A DNA stretch of 64,000 nucleotides from Octopus bimaculoides. Taxonomy: Eukaryota. The stretch covers positions 9,471,929-9,535,928 of the forward strand of contig NC_068991.1 in the NCBI RefSeq assembly GCF_001194135.2. Direction: 5' to 3'. Of this stretch, positions 56,882 through 64,000 are shown in pieces. Position 1 is the first letter of the stretch, and each line of letters starts with the position of its first letter. The position numbers and the translations under genes were made by a program. The notes below the pieces were generated by a model, which saw only the letters and a program-made list of their open reading frames with translations, was not told where the DNA came from and made no database searches.

Positions 56882-57446
56882 GAGACTTTGTTGCCGGACC
56901 TTACTACATACCCAGTGTGCTTTCTGCCTGTTTTCTTTGTTAAAGATGCAATCTTAGCAGTTTCTACTTCACACACAGATGCCACACCCATCAGCCAGAG
57001 GGGGATTGCTCTCATCCTCCACTCTCAACTTTCTTCAGTTTAACAAGGAAATTGGAATATTTTAAACATTGGTTTGAATTCCACTCAAGTATATATACTA
57101 TAATTTTTTTTTTTTTTGTTTTGGGGTTTTCTCAATCAGATTATATCTCTCTCTCCCTCTCTCAATCTTTGTTTCTTTCTTTATCTCTTTCCTTCTCTCT
57201 CTCTTTCTCTATATATAAATATATGACTAATTAAAAATTTTATTGAAATATTTTTTTCTAGAATTTGGTAATTTGAAAAAAAAAATAAATAACAGCGAGG
57301 CTGTCTTGTTCTTGAATTACTCTCTTGCTATCTCTCTCTATCTCTCTTTAGCTCTGTCTCTGTAATCCTCTCTCTCTTTATCACCTTAGCTCTAACTCTC
57401 TCTGTAGTTCTTGCTGCCTCTGTGTAGCTCTCTGTCTCACACACAC

Positions 57447-57491
<45 letters not shown>

Positions 57492-57501
57492 NNNNNNNNN
57501 N
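57492..57501. other. Assembly gap inside (TA)n, with apparently duplicated flank
   Basis: 10 N; TCTCACACACACATATATA occurs on both sides. Confidence 0.9.
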
Positions 57502-57504
57502 TCT

Positions 57505-57558
<54 letters not shown>

Positions 57559-58535
57559 TTCCCCACTTTATATATAGTTTTCTGTCAGCTCTCTAACTTC
57601 TCTCTGTATAGTCCTGTCTCTATAGCTCTCTTTTGCTGGCTCTCTCTCTCTTTCTCTCTCTCAATATGTGGCATCTCTGTTGGATGAAATAACTGTAGCC
57701 AGATAGTGGTGGACCACACAGTCGTATCACACATACAACACACGCACATAGACATACATAAAGAACGCACACACATACACAACAAGCAGTGACCTCATCT
57801 CCATCTGACCATTAAACAACAACCTGTCTCTTTACTCCACCTGCACCAGCCCTCTCTACTCCACAAAGTGCATTTTTGTGGTGGTTGTTGTTTTTTTTCC
57901 CCCGTTCCTCACTTTTTTCTTAAAAGCAAAGCAAAATAAAACCAAAAAACTCTGAATCCAACAAATGTTGGCCCAAATCTGAGACTATTCTTTATTTTTT
58001 GCCTCTTTGTTCAACCCAGTTTTTACTGGGCAAATCCACCATCCTTCTGTTGTTTCTAATATCTCCTTCCCCTTCCCCCAAAGCCCTGCTCCCCCCCCCC
58101 TTCCTTCCCTTATTGAACATTTGGAATTGGGATTCAAACTAGGCCATTGGCTTAACTGTTCTGTTCAGCTGCCCTCCGGTTGACATGGTTCTGGTGATTT
58201 CTGGTCATAACCACGTCTCCTTGGCAGTTTCCTTAGACAAAATAAGTCTAGTTGTTGAAAAAAAAAAAATAAATAATAAAAAATAAAATAAAAGATTTCT
58301 CACAACTGAATTCAGACTTCTTTTCCCAGTTTTCCTTTGTATTTATTCCTTTTTTTTTCTTCCTAAATTCAGTTTTAAACAAAAATACAGCCTTTTCTTT
58401 ATTTTAATGGATTCAGCTTATATATTATTCCATTGGGTGTTTTGAATATTTCATTTATTAATTAGCAAATATCTATCTAAAATGCAGGGTCAAGTAAATT
58501 TAAAGTCTTTTTGGGAAGGGTCATAAGTGGAGATA

Positions 58536-58565
58536 TGTATATATGTAAATATATATATATGTATG

Positions 58566-58602
<37 letters not shown>

Positions 58603-58648
58603 GTATATATATGTATATGTATGTATATGTATATATATGTATGTATAA
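58536..58648. repeat. TA/TATG simple repeat
   Basis: Direct reading. Confidence 0.9.
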
Positions 58649-59699
58649 TGTGTACATTTGTAAACAGTTACTCAAAAGTAAATATTGCAACAGGTTCCCA
58701 GATGTTTACATATGTGCACAGATTCAATATTGTTTGCATACAAAAATAATCTTAACTCAATCAAGGGTGGGAGTCAGTTACGTTGAAATTTGGTTTGATA
58801 TATCTGTTCATTGTTGAATCGCTGTAAAATCCTGGTGTAGGTTTGATCTGACTGTGTGGTCTAGCTCACTTTACTCTATTATGCTTTAAAAACTGGCAAG
58901 TTTCCACACTCAGTGGAAGTTGAAGATTAGTCATTTGAAGAAATAAAATACATTTACAGGAGAAATGGGAAGTTAACTAATGATAATAATTAATAACAAT
59001 AATAATATAATATTATATAATATATTGGTATCTACAAAAAAAACATTTGTTAAAATATTAAGATGGAGAGCAAAACAACACAACCACAACAATATTAAAA
59101 GGAATGAAAAACAATTACTTCTCATTTATTTTTTATTTTTTTTAATTTTTTTTTTCTCTCCTCCCCAATTTAAATTTGACCCAAAATTCTGAGGTTTTGT
59201 TGGTCCTGGTAAGACCTGAATTTCTGTCAAAGCTGCCTAGCTACAAGGAGTTCTTTTTTTGGCTGTGTTGTGTGCATGGATGAAGATAAATTTATATGCT
59301 GGACACTTGCTGGCTGAATGGACAATAGCAGCTGTTGCCACAGCAACACTTGTTGGTGGGGAATCCATGGTGCAGTGCCTCATAGCAGTTAGCCAGGAGG
59401 CGTTGTGATTGACCGAAGCAAAAATGATTCCGTATTTCTAACTATGTTGGTGGTATGGCTGAAGTGATCTATCATTAATAAAGAAGCCATAAACAGTTAA
59501 TAACGACTTGTTGTTTATCTTTCACTTCACTTCTTTCATTTTGATTAAAAAGGAAAAAAAAACAAAAAAATATCATATTCTCATGTTAACTAATTAATTA
59601 ATTTCTTTTTAGAGGAGTGGGAGTGAGACTTGTGTCTGTCCTGTATATAATTGGTATTTAACTTACTGATCCCTTTTATGGGACATCAGCATTAGTGCC

Positions 59700-59910
59700 T
59701 TTTAGGTGCTGTGTAAAAGGTGCCGGTGCCACATAAAAAAGCATGCAGTATACTCTGTAGAGTGGTTGGTGTTAGGAAGGGCATTCAGCCATTGAAACTA
59801 AGCTAAAACAGACTAGGGAACCTGTGCGGCCCCTGGCCTTGCCAGTATCTGTTCAAGCTGTCCAACCCATGCCAACATGGAAAGCAGATGTTAAATGAGG
59901 ATGATGATGA
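59700..59910 (+). mobile_element. RTE LINE 3' UTR fragment, diverged
   Basis: GAGTGGTTGGTGTTAGGAAGGGCA...CCAACCCATGCCAACATGGAAAGCAG. Confidence 0.75.
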
Positions 59911-61021
59911 CCTCAAGAGGGTTGATTGATGAAAGGCAGTAAATCTTGTGAGATTTGAACTCTTTTGAAACAAACAAAAGTGAACTCAATGCCCTGGTGG
60001 AGCATTTAGTCGACTGTTCTGTTTCATTTTATTCTTTTGCTTGCCTCAGTCACTGGACAGAGGCCATGATGAGGTGACACCTTCAAAGTTATTGTACAGA
60101 TTGAGGATAACAAATCCAGTTACTTTGCATGGATATAAAATAGATGTACAAGATTTAATACATTCAATACACATTTAAATATGAAACTGAGATAGAGAAA
60201 TGATGATGTATTGTCATTTTAGTCAATGTGATCTTTTATCGGACATTTTCTTAAAAGAGGAAAGACAGAGTTGACTCAGATATTGTGCAAGAAGTGAGCT
60301 TTCTTGAGGCGGTTTCATTTACTGGGAGATATTTCACTTCAATTATACTGCTTTTGCAGTTACAAAAGGAATTATAGAGCTGTGACTCAGCCAGCTGTAG
60401 CTATGGCAACAGATCACAGAAAATAATGATGCCAAGTAAAATCTGATGCAGGATAAAGAAGATAGTAGAATCATTGTAGGCAACCGTTCTAGTGCTGGTT
60501 TGTATGATGAAATGCAACCAGCCTATGCTGTAATGTGATTGATAATAGAAATGGCATCCAACTGTTAATACTATGTAAAAAAATTAAAAAAATTGCATGT
60601 AATTAAAGTTGTCAGATGGGTGTAAAACTGATATTGGTTGATTACATTCAGCTTGATATGAATTTGTGGTTGTTAAAAAGTCTGTTAAAGATTATTTTTA
60701 ATATTCACACAGATTATCTATTTTAAAAATAAATTCAGTGAATCGTTTTATGATAGAATTTTATTTCAGCTATGGCACGATTCTTTAGTGGGAGGATCCA
60801 GATCTGTTCCACACAAGTTTTAGGCTTAACTAGTAATTTATAACCGCAAAATAATAGACTTCAATAGTTCTTTTCCAGTTTTTGTTTGCAAGATTAATTA
60901 TCCTCTCTCTTCAGATCATCGACAAATAATAATCACTATAAGAATTCAAAACTGTGTGTGTCTATGTATTATATAAACTGTTTTATCAGATACCATACAA
61001 CATAAATTCCTGATTTATTAA

Positions 61022-61229
61022 CCCTTTTGTTACTAACCTGGCTGAAGCCATCTCTGAGTGCAAATGTCTTTTCAAAAGTTTAGAATTAAAATCTTCCACC
61101 AAGCCTTGGTCACAAATTATGTTCCTAACACTAGTAGAATAACTAAGTGATTTTACTAAATTCTTTGTTATATTTAAAGTAATTGAAAGAAACGCAGAAC
61201 TTCTCAAAATAAATACAGTAACGAAAGGA
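61022..61229. mobile_element. TTAA-flanked MITE family B
   Basis: TTAA|CCCTTTTGTTAC ... GTAACGAAAGGA|TTAA. Confidence 0.82.
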
Positions 61230-61589
61230 TTAATTATCTCCACCTCCAGAGGATATTAATTGCCAACCGTCAAGACCAGCTCCATATGAGGAAGGGAGAT
61301 AATCTATCAATTCTGTAAAGTTGACATTCCATTAAGGAAAAAGACTGGCTTATGATCTTGTCACGAAGACAGTTGTGGACATGTTTCTGGCTCAATAGGT
61401 GTCATGAGCACAATTGTCCAGCAATATCTCTAATATTCAAGGGTATTAAACTTACGCAAATAGTAGTTCCCATTTACGGCGTAAGGAATTTGCATAATTT
61501 AAGCAATAATGATCTAAGAGAAATAACTCAGGGTGGCTTGATATTAATTTCTTGGTAATCTCTCGTCTCCATGAAAGACTATTCAGCAA

Positions 61590-61790
61590 TTTCATGCGAA
61601 CATCCTGCACAGACAGTTCGTTTATAGTGATCAACTGTTTGTGTTGCCCATAAGCGCACTTCCTCCATCAAACCCACATTACCTGTACAGGTACACTGTG
61701 TGTGTGTGTGTCACACATCAGATGTCGAAGAGTTTGCAGAGTAAAAGTGAAATGAAGTATTTTGCTCAAGAACACGATGTCCGCTGCGGG
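61590..61790 (-). mobile_element. SINE family 3 with extended tail
   Basis: GTGAAATGAAGTATTTTGCTCAAGAACACG, reverse of the family-3 core. Confidence 0.6.
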
Positions 61791-62929
61791 AACCAATAAG
61801 TAACTTTTTAATACTCCGTGTATTAAACGTTTTAATACGCACTTTTTTTTTCTCTTTCTCTCTCCTTCGGGTGATATCTTTGAGTTTGTTATTTTCTAAA
61901 TATTCTTATATTCATATCCTGCTAAACTTAATTTTGTTTGTGATTCTTTTTCTAATTATTTGAACAAGTTTGGTGAAGGCAGTGGTTTACTATTTGAAGT
62001 CAGGATAAGCTAAACGCGTCCAGAGTTGTTCCCCCTAGCCAAGTATTTGTTGGTAAAATGGAAATCCGATTGACGATTACGTCTTTTGTCTTGTTTTAAT
62101 TTCCACCTCGCATAATTATTTCCAGTCAAATTTCTCTTAAATTATACGTTACTTTCCTAAAAAGGAAACGGCACATTGGATAATGTAATCTTAAATTCAC
62201 ACTGCTCGAGACGAAGAGGAGGTAGCTATGGTTAGAATGGCTTTAGTTGTAAGTCTGTGAGATTATAGTTCTCAACTGTTTTCCTCTGTAAAATACTGTG
62301 TGGCAAAAATTAAAAAACACGAGTCAACGAAGAGCCGTCTCTCCACACGGGAAATCGACCTGCTAAAAACAGCAGCTATATCTCTATCAAATCCCACGTC
62401 ATTCTATTTTTAAAAGAGTGCATTGGATAGTGTGTGTATACCTTACATACACATAAATATTTATGTGTGTGCGTGTGTGTACAGATGCACATATATGTAT
62501 ATATATGCATATATGTCTGTGCGTGTATGACTGTGTATAGAGGCAGTTTAAGATAAAATAACGAAATCGATATAAATAGACATTCGTTGGATTGTTTTCT
62601 TTGTACCTGAAATATAAAGTATTCTTTTTAAAATTTTCTGCATCGCTAAAAGCTTTATTTTCCTTTTCTTTCTTTCTCACATATACACACACATGCATAT
62701 ATATGCGTATATATGGACACACATAGAGAGTGGCCCAAAAGTAGCCTTATAGTTATTCAACTCTCTCTTTCGCATTCATATATTAAGTTTAGATCTTAAT
62801 TATAAAAAGGAAAATATGAAACTATTATTTTATGCTAATTTAGTTAATTGTAAGATAGAAATTTGAATGTTACAAAACGTTTTAAAAGAATTTTAAAGTG
62901 CCTACGTTATAGCTGTAAACCTACGCTTG

Positions 62930-63070
62930 GGCCACCCCGCACTCCTTTTATTCCTTTCTGTTGAAGAACGTAGGTTCGAAAGGTAAAAGACTTTCATTTT
63001 CCTGAGCGCCAAACTAATACTCCCCCTTGGTGTCTATACACCTATCTTCGTCTTTTTGTTTTGCAATAAA
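62930..63070 (+). mobile_element. Penelope-like terminal-repeat fragment carrying a degenerate minimal hammerhead motif (62954-62989)
   Basis: CTTT-CTGTTGA-A-GAAC GTAG GTTC-GAAA-G-GTA-AAAG; the family call is inferred from the motif. Confidence 0.5.
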
Positions 63071-63721
63071 CTTCTTTGCGCCTATTGTATGTCTCCATTA
63101 AATAAAAAGAAAACGAAAGCGAGGTAAAAAAAAGCACAACCTGCAGAAATGCATTCTTTACTGCGATTGTGTGTGCTTAAGCTTAAACCCAAAGCTCTTA
63201 GAAAACTGGCCACAAAAAACACGCACACGCGCGCGCACACACACACACACTTATTCTGTGAAGATACACCTTTATATTTTTGTTTTCCAGGCATATAGAT
63301 ACATAAAGTGAAACTATTCTCCCCCTAATGTTAAAAAGTTCAGACCCTTTTTTTAGTAACAGACAAAAAGTACACACACACACACATAAATTAAAATTTC
63401 GGCGCATTTTCAATCTTTTTCTCAGTATTTTTCCTACACACACGCGCGCACATTATTTTGCTTAGGCACAACGATACGATCGATCTGTTGTTAAAACTCA
63501 ATATAGATACGCTTCAGAATAAAGCGTTAGACGAGGAAAGAGCATGATATGAAATTAAGTAAATGACAAAGGGACTGGAAATTGTGCAATGAATTTCATT
63601 AGCTTACAACTGTTTCTGCTGCAGATGGAGTGCACTCAGAGCACCTTATAACTTCTTTGGACTTCTAAAATGATGTGCATTTTTATTTTGGAAGGACCGG
63701 CGGAAATTGTGCTTTCGGTAT

Positions 63722-63970
63722 TCGGGGATCACATCCTTTGATCATCCTCGTCGTCATCGTCGTCGCCGCCGCTGTCATCATAATTATCGTCATCATCACC
63801 ATAATTGTCATCATCGTCGTCGCCATCATCATCGTTATCATTATCATCATCATCATCATCATCTCGTTGTCATTGTCGTTGTCCTCCTCCTCCTCCTCAC
63901 TATCATTATTGTCATCATCATCATCGTCATTATAGTCATCATCGTCATCGTCATCAACATCGCCATCATC
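63722..63970. repeat. Degenerate (ATC/GTC)n trinucleotide repeat
   Basis: Direct reading; explains the spurious Ile/Val/Ser-rich ORF 63675-63935. Confidence 0.92.
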
Positions 63971-64000
63971 TTTATGGGAACTTTAAATGTCTCGATAAAT

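Noticed and set aside
59205-59225. Possible 15-nt alternative exon GTTTTGTTGGTCCTG|GTAAGA
   Set aside because: Weak acceptor, lies beyond the predicted stop exon, and no downstream exon was found
61580-61690. Minus-strand open stretch NVGLMEEVRLWATQTVDHYKRTVCAGCSHEIAE-stop as the last exon of a neighbouring gene
   Set aside because: No polypyrimidine tract, no recognisable protein, and it is continuous with a family-3 SINE, so probably the SINE tail
1697-63935. Most ORFs in the supplied track (YIYIYI, CVCVCV, HTHTHT, IIIII, MPVPPDWP types)
   Set aside because: They are translations of microsatellites, SINEs or the RTE 3' UTR; only those overlapping CNOT4 exons or transposase relics are meaningful

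Overview
AT-rich, microsatellite- and retroposon-rich eukaryotic genomic DNA with five N-gaps. The repeat content is most consistent with an octopus (coleoid cephalopod); this is inferred from remembered repeat families, not from a search. The window holds one plus-strand gene, CNOT4 (CCR4-NOT subunit 4, RING E3 ligase). I assembled 18 GT-AG coding exons by hand, from ATG 24170 to TGA 56881. All splice phases are consistent, giving 2580 nt and 859 aa: C4C4 RING, coiled coil, RRM, C3H1 zinc finger, a long Ser/Gln/His low-complexity region, and conserved C-terminal motifs. No promoter or first exon was found, so 1-24145 is probably a large 5' UTR intron. Introns contain three tRNA-derived SINE families, 5'-truncated RTE LINE copies, mariner/Tc1 and piggyBac transposase relics, and TTAA-flanked MITEs. 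Best second-look items: (1) a near-canonical type I hammerhead ribozyme fold at 20523-20621, sense to the gene, plus a degenerate minimal hammerhead at 62954-62989; (2) an 82-bp near-perfect intronic hairpin at 45310-45490; (3) inverted RTE tails flanking the symmetric RING exon; (4) an intron-containing tRNA-like pseudogene; (5) an abrupt CpG-depleted to CpG-rich boundary near 61.3 kb. Most ORFs in the supplied track are spurious repeat translations. Nothing here demonstrates a wholly new multi-gene system.
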